Below, piece after piece: positions 30,205-39,558 of a DNA stretch of 64,000 nt. Below the pieces are notes generated by a model that was given only the letters and a program-made list of their open reading frames with translations, made no database searches and was not told the DNA's origin. A program made the translations under genes and the position numbers. This DNA comes from Tolypothrix carrinoi HA7290-LM1 (GTDB lineage: Bacteria; Cyanobacteriota; Cyanobacteriia; Cyanobacteriales; Nostocaceae): contig JAHHIK010000028.1 in NCBI GenBank assembly GCA_019358935.1, positions 9,186-73,185 of the forward strand. The letters run 5' to 3'. Every line of letters starts with the position of its first letter. The stretch's first letter is position 1.

Positions 30205-30756
30205 TCAGACCCGATCAAGAGCTTGGTGTGGTTCCGGTGGTAGTTCGATTCGGATTGAGTTGCCAGGGCGTATCTCGCCGCCAACCATAACGATCCCCAT
30301 GACCCCAGCCTTACGAATGAGTTTGCCGTGTTCGTCACGTCCCAACACTGCCGCCATCAGTCCCGACTGGAACTGATCTAACTGGGCGCAGGGATTTCTC
30401 AACCCCGTCAACTCGACAACTGCCGTGTCCCCTAGATATAGCTGTGCGCCCGTCGGCAAACTCAACAGATCAATACCGCGTGTCGTAACATTCTCACCCA
30501 TTTGCCCGGCTGACACCTCAAAGCCAAAAGTTCGCAATTCATCATGCAGTTCAGCGTGAATTAAATGCACTTGGCGTAAATTCGGCTGCGTTGGATCAAC
30601 CGCCACTCGCGATCGATGCTTGACCGTCTTGCCCATGTGTGAATCACCTTCAACACCTAGCCCAGCTAGAAGTTGAATACTCTCCTGATTTAGTTTAGTA
30701 AATGTGTGTGTTGTACTGCGGCTGACTGCTATCACTACACCACCCATCTCCATCAC
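30205..30756 (-). CDS. MOSC domain protein (integron gene cassette)
   Basis: GLGVEGD, RQVHLI, MGENVTTRG, LRNPCAQLD, GVMGIV..GGEIRPG; GC-richer than its flanks. Confidence 0.9.
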   Translation of the reverse strand: MMEMGGVVIAVSRSTTHTFTKLNQESIQLLAGLGVEGDSHMGKTVKHRSRVAVDPTQPNLRQVHLIHAELHDELRTFGFEVSAGQMGENVTTRGIDLLSLPTGAQLYLGDTAVVELTGLRNPCAQLDQFQSGLMAAVLGRDEHGKLIRKAGVMGIVMVGGEIRPGNSIRIELPPEPHQALDRV

Positions 30757-30877
30757 CTCACTGTTTCTAAATCACAAATCCCATTCTAAATCTGACCTCT
30801 GCCAGTCGCTCTATCTTCACTGAACTTTCAACATCAACAAATAACCTTCAAAAGACTGCCACCACCCGTAAACGAAG

Positions 30878-30915
30878 CCGCATAACTATTTATTATACAT
30901 AAAATTACCGTCTAA
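30878..30915 (-). mobile_element. Putative attI site
   Basis: Minus strand TGTATAATAAATA-GTTATGC (core 30880-30886), located between the first cassette and the divergent intI relic. Confidence 0.6.
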
Positions 30916-31112
30916 TTACTCAATTTGGGGTAGTTATACAGAATTTTTCCATCTAATATCCCTATTTGGACACTAGACGGAAATTGTCCGTATATTTACC
31001 CTAATTGAGTCTGTATGTGGCATTCTTGCGTATATCCTCGGCTAATAGCCAGAATTTTTCTGGATGTTATCCAAATCAGGACATGAGACGGAAATTTCCT
31101 TGATATTTTTCT

Positions 31113-31229
31113 CTGGAAAAACGCCCAAAAAAGTTGTTGAAACAGGTTCAGGACGCAATTCGGCTCAAGCATTATTCTTACAATACAGAAAAAAGCTACA
31201 TTGACGCGGATGTGCTCTCAACCCCTTAG
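31113..31229 (+). pseudogene. intI: Integron integrase N-terminal relic
   Basis: (L)EKRPKKLLKQVQDAIRLKHYSYNTEKSYID resembles the IntI SAM-like N-terminus (LLdQVRdAIRLKHYSxRTExxY); start codon is CTG and similarity ends after about 31 codons. Confidence 0.82.
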
Positions 31230-31278
31230 CAAGGTTCTATCTTAGAACTATGTCAATAATGGATTAGCCTCTAACATT

Positions 31279-33345
31279 ATGCCTGCCGAAAAACACCTGA
31301 CTTACCCATCCAGCCCTTATAGCGATCGCGTTGATGACTACCACGGTACCACAGTTACAGATCCTTACCGCTTCTTAGAAGACCCGGACTCAGAAGAAAC
31401 CAAAGCTTGGGTTGAGGCACAAAATAAAGTTACCTTTGGCTACTTGAACGAAATTCCCGCAAGAGAAAAAATCAAGCAACGCCTCACCAAATTGTGGGAT
31501 TATGAAAAATATAGTATCCCCTTTCAAGAAGGCGAAAACTACTTTTATTTCAAAAATGACGGACTGCAAAACCAAAGCGTCCTCTATACCCTGAAAACTC
31601 TCGACGGTGAACCGAAAGTTTTACTCGACCCGAACAAACTTTCAGCAGATGGTACTGTTGCGCTTTCCGGTTTATCTATCAGTGAAAACGGTAAACTTTT
31701 AGCATACGGTTTATCCTCATCTGGTTCTGACTGGCAAGAATGGAAAGTCCGAGATGTGGAAACAACTGAAGATTTACCAGACCATTTAAAGTGGATTAAA
31801 TTCTCTGGTGCATCGTGGACAAATGACAATCAAGGCTTTTTCTACAGCCGCTACGATGAACCAAATGAAAAAACCAAATTAGAAGATGTCAACTATTATC
31901 AAAAGCTTTATTACCACAAATTGGGTACATCCCAATCAGAAGACACATTAATTTACCAACGTCCCGACCAAAAAGAATGGGGATTTGGTAAAGCTGTCAC
32001 AGAAGATGGACATTATTTAGTAATTTCCGTTTGGTCAGGAACTGACTCGAAAAATCTGTTTTTTTACAAAGATTTGACTAACCCAAATGCAGAAGTAGTC
32101 GAACTAATTAAGGAATTTGAAGCCGATTATAGCTTTATTGATAATGATGATAGCGTCTTTTATTTTCGTACAGATTTAGATGCACCCCGCGCTAGAGTTA
32201 TTGCCATTGATAGTAAAAATCCTGACAAATCAGCTTGGCAAGAAATAATTCCCCAAGCTGCGGAAACTTTAGAAAGTGTCGGCATCCTTAACAATCAATT
32301 TGTTGCTGATTATCTCAAAGATGCTCACGGCAAAGTCAAAATTTTTGACCTCAACGGCACTTTTGTCAGAGAGGTAGAATTACCCGGACTTGGTTCAGTC
32401 GGAGGCTTTAACGGCAAACGTCATGATACCGAAACTTTTTATAGCTTCACTAGCTTTACCACACCGCCAACTATTTATCGCTACGACATAGTAAGCGGAA
32501 AAAGTCAAGTTTTTCGACAGCCTAAGGTAGATTTTAATCCTGCTGATTATGAAACTAAACAAGTTTTCTATCGCAGCAAAGATAATACGCAAGTGCCGAT
32601 GTTTATCACCTATAAAAAGGGGATTAAACTTGATGGAAATAATCCCACATATCTGTATGCTTATGGCGGTTTTAATATCTCTCTAACTCCGAGTTTTTCT
32701 GTCAGTAGCTTAGTATGGCTAGAAATGGGTGGTGTCTATGCTGTGCCCAATTTACGCGGTGGTGGTGAATATGGGGAAGAATGGCATCAAGCGGGAATGA
32801 AGCTGAAAAAGCAGAATGTTTTTGATGACTTTATTGCTGCTGCCGAGTGGTTGATTGGCAATGGGTATACCAAGAGTGATAAGTTGGCGATCGCTGGTGG
32901 TAGCAATGGCGGATTATTAGTTGGTGCTTGCATGACTCAGCGTCCCGATTTGTTTGGTGCAGCTTTGCCAACAGTCGGGGTGATGGATATGTTGCGCTTT
33001 CATAAATTTACCATCGGCTGGGCGTGGATTTCTGAATATGGTTCGCCGGATAATCTAGAAGAGTTCAAAGCGCTTTATGCTTATTCCCCACTGCATAACC
33101 TCAAACCCGGTACAGCTTATCCAGCAACGATGATTACCACAGCCGATCATGACGATCGCGTTGTCCCTGCTCATAGTTTCAAATTTGCCGCTGCTTTGCA
33201 AGCCGCACACACAGGTGAGAATCCTGTATTAATTAGAATTGAGACGAAAGCGGGACATGGTGCAGGTAAACCTACAGCTAAAATTATCGAAGAATCCGCA
33301 GATAAGTGGGCTTTCTTGGTGCGTACCTTGGATATGAAAGTTTAG
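31279..33345 (+). CDS. Prolyl oligopeptidase (peptidase S9A)
   Basis: GGSNGG nucleophile, DDRV, AGHG triad motifs; beta-propeller N-terminal region. Confidence 0.96.
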   Translation: MPAEKHLTYPSSPYSDRVDDYHGTTVTDPYRFLEDPDSEETKAWVEAQNKVTFGYLNEIPAREKIKQRLTKLWDYEKYSIPFQEGENYFYFKNDGLQNQSVLYTLKTLDGEPKVLLDPNKLSADGTVALSGLSISENGKLLAYGLSSSGSDWQEWKVRDVETTEDLPDHLKWIKFSGASWTNDNQGFFYSRYDEPNEKTKLEDVNYYQKLYYHKLGTSQSEDTLIYQRPDQKEWGFGKAVTEDGHYLVISVWSGTDSKNLFFYKDLTNPNAEVVELIKEFEADYSFIDNDDSVFYFRTDLDAPRARVIAIDSKNPDKSAWQEIIPQAAETLESVGILNNQFVADYLKDAHGKVKIFDLNGTFVREVELPGLGSVGGFNGKRHDTETFYSFTSFTTPPTIYRYDIVSGKSQVFRQPKVDFNPADYETKQVFYRSKDNTQVPMFITYKKGIKLDGNNPTYLYAYGGFNISLTPSFSVSSLVWLEMGGVYAVPNLRGGGEYGEEWHQAGMKLKKQNVFDDFIAAAEWLIGNGYTKSDKLAIAGGSNGGLLVGACMTQRPDLFGAALPTVGVMDMLRFHKFTIGWAWISEYGSPDNLEEFKALYAYSPLHNLKPGTAYPATMITTADHDDRVVPAHSFKFAAALQAAHTGENPVLIRIETKAGHGAGKPTAKIIEESADKWAFLVRTLDMKV

Positions 33346-33470
33346 CTTCGCGCAAAGCCAGTAGGGTGTGTTACCGCGAACGCGGTAACGCACCTAAAAC
33401 GGTAACAGTTTATCTTTGCATGTTGCTACTAGTATTGATAAAACGCACCAATGATGATCGGGATTTGGAT

Positions 33471-34556
33471 ATGAAACTTGATTGCGAACCTTACTACAAA
33501 ACAATATTTGGTGCTGCTTATTTGGGAAACAGCCTGGAATTAATGGCAGATATCAGTAGCGAAAGTATCGACCTAATTTGTACGTCTCCACCATTTGCAC
33601 TGGTTCGTAAAAAAGAATACGGAAACGTTGATGCCGACGAATATGTAGAATGGTTTAAAGATTATGCGGCACAATTTCACCGTATTCTGAAACCAACAGG
33701 TTCACTGGTTATTGATATTGGTGGCAGCTGGATTAAAGGAATGCCAGTTCGTTCTCTTTACCACTTTGAATTAGTTGTTGCTCTGTGCAAAGCTAAAGAA
33801 AAAGGCGGACTTGGATTTTATCTAGCACAAGAATTGTATTGGTATAATCCAGCTAAACTCCCCACCCCGGCTGAATGGGTAACAGTTCGCAGGGAAAGAG
33901 TTAAAGATTCGGTAAATACAATTTGGTGGTTGTCAAAAGAACCGCATCCTAAAGCCAACAATAAAAGGGTTTTAAAGCCTTATAGCGATGCAATGAAGAA
34001 CCTGATCAAGAATGGGTATAAACCCAAAGTCAGACCATCTGGTCATGATATTTCCGATAAATTTGCAAACGATAGAGGAGGGGCTATTCCCCCAAATATT
34101 ATTGATGGACGTTGCAGTGCAGACAATGAAGTTATAGGACAACCAGTTCTTTTACAAGAAGTTTTATTTGAAGATTTAGTTCAACCCGTAAATGTGATTT
34201 CCGCCTCAAATACTGCTTCTAACGATTATTATCAACGACGTTGCAAAGAAGAAGGTTTTAAACCACACCCGGCAAGATTTCCTCAAGCTTTACCTGAGTT
34301 TGTCATCAACCTTTGTACAGAACCAGGGGATATTGTTTTAGAACCTTTCGCCGGTTCTAACATGACAGGTCGGGTTGCAGAAAGTTTACAAAGACGCTGG
34401 TTAGCTTTTGAGATTGATGAAGACTACATCAAAAGCTCAAAACTAAGATTTGAAGAAAATGCTCCTTTGGTTGTTGAACCTCTAGCAGATTTACCACTAA
34501 TAGCATCAGAAAATGCCGATCAAAACCACCAGGGAGTACAATTAGGACTGTTTTAA
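33471..34556 (+). CDS. Orphan N4-cytosine (beta-class) DNA methyltransferase, M.PvuII-like
   Basis: TSPPF motif IV, HPARFP, EPFAGS motif I near the C-terminus; likely start ATG 33471. Confidence 0.88.
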   Translation: MKLDCEPYYKTIFGAAYLGNSLELMADISSESIDLICTSPPFALVRKKEYGNVDADEYVEWFKDYAAQFHRILKPTGSLVIDIGGSWIKGMPVRSLYHFELVVALCKAKEKGGLGFYLAQELYWYNPAKLPTPAEWVTVRRERVKDSVNTIWWLSKEPHPKANNKRVLKPYSDAMKNLIKNGYKPKVRPSGHDISDKFANDRGGAIPPNIIDGRCSADNEVIGQPVLLQEVLFEDLVQPVNVISASNTASNDYYQRRCKEEGFKPHPARFPQALPEFVINLCTEPGDIVLEPFAGSNMTGRVAESLQRRWLAFEIDEDYIKSSKLRFEENAPLVVEPLADLPLIASENADQNHQGVQLGLF

Positions 34557-34563
34557 ACAAATT

Positions 34564-34977
34564 TCAATCCTCGATGTTTCCTCTAATGGATTTAAGCTGT
34601 CCTCGCTTGCTTTTGCTATCGAGACGTTTTCTCACAGAGCTGCGAGTCGGTTTGGTTGGTTTGCGTTTTCGGGGTAACACTGCGACGCTTTTAATGAGTT
34701 CTTGAAGTCGTTTCAAAGCCTCCTCTTTGTTCTTCTCCTGGGTTCGGTGTTCTTGGGCTTTAATAACAATAACTCCCTCCTGAGTGATGCGTCGATCGCT
34801 GAGTTTCAAAAGTTGTTCTTTATAAAAATCGGGTAGGGATGAAGCATTAATGTTGAAGCGCAAGTGTATAGCGGTGGAGACTTTATTTACATTTTGACCT
34901 CCTGCTCCTTGGGAACGAATAGCACTAATCTCGATATCGCTATCAGGGATAATTACTTGGTTGGAAATTTGCAGCAT
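34564..34977 (-). CDS. arfB: Alternative ribosome rescue factor B
   Basis: GAGGQNVNKV; basic tail KPTKPTRSS..RL..K. Confidence 0.95.
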   Translation of the reverse strand: MLQISNQVIIPDSDIEISAIRSQGAGGQNVNKVSTAIHLRFNINASSLPDFYKEQLLKLSDRRITQEGVIVIKAQEHRTQEKNKEEALKRLQELIKSVAVLPRKRKPTKPTRSSVRKRLDSKSKRGQLKSIRGNIED

Positions 34978-35166
34978 TGTTTATATTTTGCTTAGGACAG
35001 CTTTGCATAAGTTTGTAGGTTTTTTTAACGCAGAGAGAAGTTTGAGCGGAGGTTTCCTCCGATCAAAGCTTCGGTGGGAGCGCGGAGGTAAGCGCAGAGT
35101 GACGCAGAGTTTTTGTGATAAATTTTCGTCATGAATATTATGCAATATTGTACTTAGGAACGTGGA

Positions 35167-35598
35167 TTATCGCTTTCCCATCTCTCGTAGATAAGCGGGT
35201 CGAGGTGTGAGTTGCTTCACAAGTGCTGCATCCGCCGGACAAAACTCCGCAGATATACTCTCAGCGCAAGCTAAAAATGCGGCATCATACAGCGTAGGTA
35301 ACTTATATTGCTCGGCAATTTCCCAGGTTTTTGCGCGAATTTCTTCAACTTCAATGTAATCAATGGGAAGTTCGCAGAAGTCCTCAAAAAAACCTTGTGC
35401 TTCCTCTGTGGTGATGACTTGCATCCGGGTTTTTTTTCGCAACACAGATCCAACTTCTGCCCAAGCAAAAGCTGGAGCCACCAACTTAAGATTAAGGCTT
35501 AATGCTTCTTCTACAACAATTCTGGCTTGTGGTTGATAAATTTCTGGTACAAGGTAGCAAATCCAAATGCTAGTATCTAAGCACAATACTCTAGTCAC
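35167..35598 (-). CDS. PIN-domain VapC toxin
   Basis: LDTS..AEV..LYDA..AD acidic residues. Confidence 0.85.
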   Translation of the reverse strand: MTRVLCLDTSIWICYLVPEIYQPQARIVVEEALSLNLKLVAPAFAWAEVGSVLRKKTRMQVITTEEAQGFFEDFCELPIDYIEVEEIRAKTWEIAEQYKLPTLYDAAFLACAESISAEFCPADAALVKQLTPRPAYLREMGKR

Positions 35599-35847
35599 GC
35601 CGCTTTTCTTTTTCTCTGAAACTGCGAATCAAATCCCCAGAATTAGGTTGTATTTCTGTTTTGGCTTTGACGGTTTCGCTGCGGGCTATAATGCGTACAG
35701 GAGCTGCCCATCCCCTCCGGCGTCGCACTTCGTTTTCCAAAGCCTCAACTACTAAATCATTCAAGGATTCGAGCCACGAATTTTAGTTTCTTGGCTAAAG
35801 CCAAGCAGGTCAGCCGGAAAACGGATTGTTACGGCTTCGCGTTCCAT
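35591..35847 (-). pseudogene. Frameshifted ribbon-helix-helix antitoxin overlapping the vapC start
   Basis: MEREAVTIRFPADLL / AKKLK / ESLNDLVVEALENEVRRRRGWAA...KRRD* spread over three frames; length 257 bp (3n+2). Confidence 0.75.
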
Positions 35848-36086
35848 TGGAATATTTACAACCAAATAGTGATACCATTTATTGTAACTGCTATTTGATT
35901 TGCTATAAGACTTACGGAGAATCATGAAAAAACTAACCGCAGAGAGCGCAGAGGACACAGAGAAATAGATTTTTGGAGAGTTTTTGCGTAAGTCATATGC
36001 TATTTTATAAGCGATCGCATAAATGCATTTAGATGCAAATTGCTATTATTTGATAATTCCCTATACAAGACAGATAAATAGGAGTA

Positions 36087-36509
36087 TTGAGCGTGAATGC
36101 ATCTGAACAGGCAACAAACGTTGAACTTGCGAGCAACATTGCGACGGTAGTTAACTTGTTCAAATTTGAGTTTCCTGATGCGAAATCGGATCTCAAACCC
36201 TGGAAAAATGACCCAGAAACCAGGGAATTAGTCGATCCAGACTCAATAGATATCGGCTTTCACTTTCCTGGTATCAGCAAATCTTGGCGCAGTCGCAGTA
36301 TACTAATTCAAATCCGATTTTATCAAGATCCGATAAATAACTTGCGTCGAGCGATCGGTGTCGAGGTAGCAGGATTTGACCATCGCGGTGAAGTATGGCG
36401 ACTTTCTACGGTGGATAATTGGAGTTGTGTTGGTACATCTGAACCTTCCCCAGAAATAGAGGAAAAGCTAAAACAGTTTTGCCGACACATTTTAGAAGTC
36501 TTCAATTAG
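36087..36509 (+). CDS. Conserved cyanobacterial hypothetical protein
   Basis: AGGAG RBS; globular sequence DLKPW..DP.T...DPDSIDIGFHFPG. Confidence 0.75.
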   Translation: MSVNASEQATNVELASNIATVVNLFKFEFPDAKSDLKPWKNDPETRELVDPDSIDIGFHFPGISKSWRSRSILIQIRFYQDPINNLRRAIGVEVAGFDHRGEVWRLSTVDNWSCVGTSEPSPEIEEKLKQFCRHILEVFN

Positions 36510-36574
36510 CAAACTGATACTTTGTAGTTAGTTCGTAGTGAGCGGTTCACCGCTCATAAACTAACAATCAGCAA

Positions 36575-36979
36575 CTATTTTTGACAGCTACCATCAACGC
36601 AATATGCTGATTGATATGTGCTAGAACGCTTGCCAAATATGGTGTAGCGGTTATCGCGAATTTGTTCGTAAAAGCGATCGCCTACCCATTTCACTCCCGG
36701 TAATGCCCGATAAGCATCCACAAATACGCTACCTAACGGCAATAATCGTCCAATCTCTTCCGCTGCCGCAGTTCCTTGCCAGCGTGTTTGCGGTGCGTTT
36801 CCATCGATCAAAATCATTCCCTGTTCGCAATCAATAGCGGTAATTCCCCACTTTTGAAGTGTTTGCTCATCTTGCATGGAGATATAGCGAAACAACTTGC
36901 CTTGATCTAAAGTTTCTAACAATTGCACTAAAGTAACGCAAAGATTGCAATTACCGTCGTAGATAACATAATAATTCAT
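36575..36979 (-). CDS. DCC1-like thiol-disulfide oxidoreductase (DUF393)
   Basis: YDGNCNLC motif; RDNRY. Confidence 0.88.
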   Translation of the reverse strand: MNYYVIYDGNCNLCVTLVQLLETLDQGKLFRYISMQDEQTLQKWGITAIDCEQGMILIDGNAPQTRWQGTAAAEEIGRLLPLGSVFVDAYRALPGVKWVGDRFYEQIRDNRYTIFGKRSSTYQSAYCVDGSCQK

Positions 36980-37129
36980 AAAAGTTGCAGATTGTTTTTT
37001 ATATACAGTCTATGTTTATATTTATGAACTGACGAAATTCTGTCAATATTACCTAAGTATGAAAATTATTTACTGATTAATCTCCCCCCAGAAAGCAAGA
37101 TTTTGATATTTTTAGCAAGAATTTGCAAG

Positions 37130-37509
37130 ACAATAGTATGGGTCATCAACGAACAGGGACGATTGGCAAGTCCGGAAAAAGGAAATATTCCGGAACGCAG
37201 TGAGTGCGATCGCCGAAGTCGTGACTCAAGTTGCCCAAGAAATTGGACACACACCTTCACAAGTTGCACTGGCTTGGTTACGTCATCAAAGTGGTGTGAT
37301 TATCCCGATTGTTGGTGTCCGCAAGTTAACCCAATTTCAAGATAACTTAGCCTGTCTGGATGTCAGTTTATCACCAGAACATTTGCAACGTCTAAACGAA
37401 GTCAGTCAAATTGAACTTGGTTTTCCTCATGACTTCAAAGCACAGCGACACGATCCGCGATCGCCTTTTTGGTGGTACATTCAGCACTATTGAAAATCAT
37501 CGTCATTGA
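37130..37509 (+). pseudogene. Aldo/keto reductase C-terminal fragment, frameshifted
   Basis: PSQVALAWL..VIIPIVG.RKLTQFQDNL..LGFPHDF; tail IRDRLFGG is in another frame; no N-terminus. Confidence 0.8.
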
Positions 37510-37649
37510 GCAAGCTAATTCCAGGTTTAGAAATTTTGAATAAAAGTAACAATAATTTACAAACCGATTAATTCCATCTATCGGTAGAGAGTTTCGTGCC
37601 CTTAGGTAGTAGCTGTAGACTAGTTTTATCGACCCAAGAAAGTAAAACC

Positions 37650-38240
37650 ATGAGCGACAACAATCTATCATCTCGTCTTTACCCCACCCGTATTGATATT
37701 CCTGCTGAAGCGCGATCGCAGATCGTTGTATTACTCAACAAAACTTTGGCAGCTACCTCAGACCTAAAAACCCAGGTAAAACAAGCGCACTGGAACGTCA
37801 AAGGAACTGATTTTTATCAGCTACACGAATTATTTGACGAAATCGCCGGCGAACTGGAAGAATTTGTTGATATGTTTGCGGAACGGGTAACAGCTTTAGG
37901 TGGATATGCAATGGGAACCGCTCGCATGGCAGCTGCCAATTCGATTTTACCAGAATATCCTACCGATATTTTGGCAGGAATGGAGCATGTGACAGCTTTG
38001 GCAGATCGGTTTGCACCTTATGCCAAGCATTTGAGAGAAGCGATCGCTAAAACTGACGACTTAGGCGATCTTGACACCGCAGACCTTTATACTGAAGTTT
38101 CTCGCACCATCGACAAAAGACTGTGGTTCTTAGAAGCTCATCTGCAAGCAGCAGTAGTTACAAACACAGAAAATGGAAATGGAAATGGTAACGGTGTTTC
38201 AGCTACTACTAAAACTCAACAAACAGTTCTTGCTGGATAA
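37650..38240 (+). CDS. dps: Dps DNA protection/ferritin-like protein
   Basis: KQAHWNVKG..FYQLHELFDE..DMFAER. Confidence 0.94.
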   Translation: MSDNNLSSRLYPTRIDIPAEARSQIVVLLNKTLAATSDLKTQVKQAHWNVKGTDFYQLHELFDEIAGELEEFVDMFAERVTALGGYAMGTARMAAANSILPEYPTDILAGMEHVTALADRFAPYAKHLREAIAKTDDLGDLDTADLYTEVSRTIDKRLWFLEAHLQAAVVTNTENGNGNGNGVSATTKTQQTVLAG

Positions 38241-38620
38241 GTTGAGTGGGAGCGTTGGAGCGTGGGAGCGTGGATAGTGGATAGTGGATAGTGGTTAGGA
38301 GTTAGGAGTTAAGAGTTAAGAATAATTAATTTGTGACACCCAACAACTATCAACCAACAACTAACGACTAACAACCATCAACTATCAACCATCAACTATC
38401 ACCCATCAACGCTCCAACCATCAATTATATACAGTATCCTTTTGGTAAGTACGTTACTTTTAAGTGCGTACTTTTCATTTTATATATACATCCGTTACTA
38501 TTGAGATAGTTAACAACCGGGTTAAAAAAATCTCAATTCCAAGACTTAGCTGATACGTGAGTTGTTAACTAAAAAGCTTGTTTTTTAAATATAAATAACC
38601 ATCAAAAACGAGGTAGATGT

Positions 38621-39337
38621 ATGTCTCAAAATACTGTTACCCATCTAATTCACGATAGAAACGCACGCGGTCAAACTAAAATTGGTTGGTTGGATAGTTA
38701 CCATACATTTTCCTTTGGAAATTTTTCCGATCCGAATCGCATGGGATTTCGCTCTCTGCGGGTAATTAATGACGATCGCGTTGTTCCTGGTGCTGGATTT
38801 GGTACTCACGGTCATCGGGATATGGAAATTCTTACATATGTCCTCGAAGGTGCGCTAGAGCATAAAGACAGCTTAGGTACGGGTTCGGTGATTCTTCCCG
38901 GTGAAGCGCAAGTTATGAGTGCTGGTACTGGTATCACTCACAGCGAATACAATCACTCACAAACTGAGCCGGTACACTTTCTGCAAATCTGGATTCTTCC
39001 CGATCAGCAAGGCTTAAAACCAAGGTATGAACAAAAAGCTTTTCCTATTGAAGAAAAGCGCGGAAAACTACGCTTAATTGCTGCCAAAGATGGACGCGAT
39101 GGTGCTGTCACAATTCATCAAGATGTTAATTTGTACACATCTGTTTTAGAACCGGGTGATGTGGTAAATTATCACGTTCAACCACATCGTTATGCTTGGT
39201 TACAAATAGCGCAAGGTATAGCAACCTTGAATGGTGAAGAACTTAGAGCCGGCGATGGTGTACAAATTAGCGTTGAAGAACAACTCGAAATTAGCACCCA
39301 AGTAGGTGCAGAAATCTTGCTTTTTGATTTGGGTTAA
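38621..39337 (+). CDS. Pirin family protein
   Basis: WLDSYHTFSF, GFGTHGHRDMEI, HKDSLG, MSAGTGITHSE, LQIW. Confidence 0.94.
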   Translation: MSQNTVTHLIHDRNARGQTKIGWLDSYHTFSFGNFSDPNRMGFRSLRVINDDRVVPGAGFGTHGHRDMEILTYVLEGALEHKDSLGTGSVILPGEAQVMSAGTGITHSEYNHSQTEPVHFLQIWILPDQQGLKPRYEQKAFPIEEKRGKLRLIAAKDGRDGAVTIHQDVNLYTSVLEPGDVVNYHVQPHRYAWLQIAQGIATLNGEELRAGDGVQISVEEQLEISTQVGAEILLFDLG

Positions 39338-39374
39338 TGTCAAAAATAGGGTAAGGGTTCAGAAGGGTTGCAGG

Positions 39375-39558
39375 TTTAGGGTGTAGGGTGTAGGGACCCA
39401 CGCTTAAAAACGTGGGATTGAAATAAGGACGCGCTCATTTCATCGCACTGCGTGTCTCGTAAGGACATCTTTTTTTACGCTCGCTTAAACCCAGAACTAA
39501 AGTTTTCTCTCCATCCCCCACACCCCACACCCCGCACCCCACACCCTGCTTTTTGTAA
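39375..39558. mobile_element. MITE-like element, copy 1 (copy 2 at 57188..57388)
   Basis: GGGTGTA-repeat left arm, ACCCACG..AAAACGTGGGATTG core, CACACCC-repeat right arm. Confidence 0.7.

Noticed and set aside
33306..33470. N-terminal extension of the orphan methylase
   Set aside because: It overlaps the peptidase end and runs through a REP-like hairpin; ATG 33471 is more plausible.
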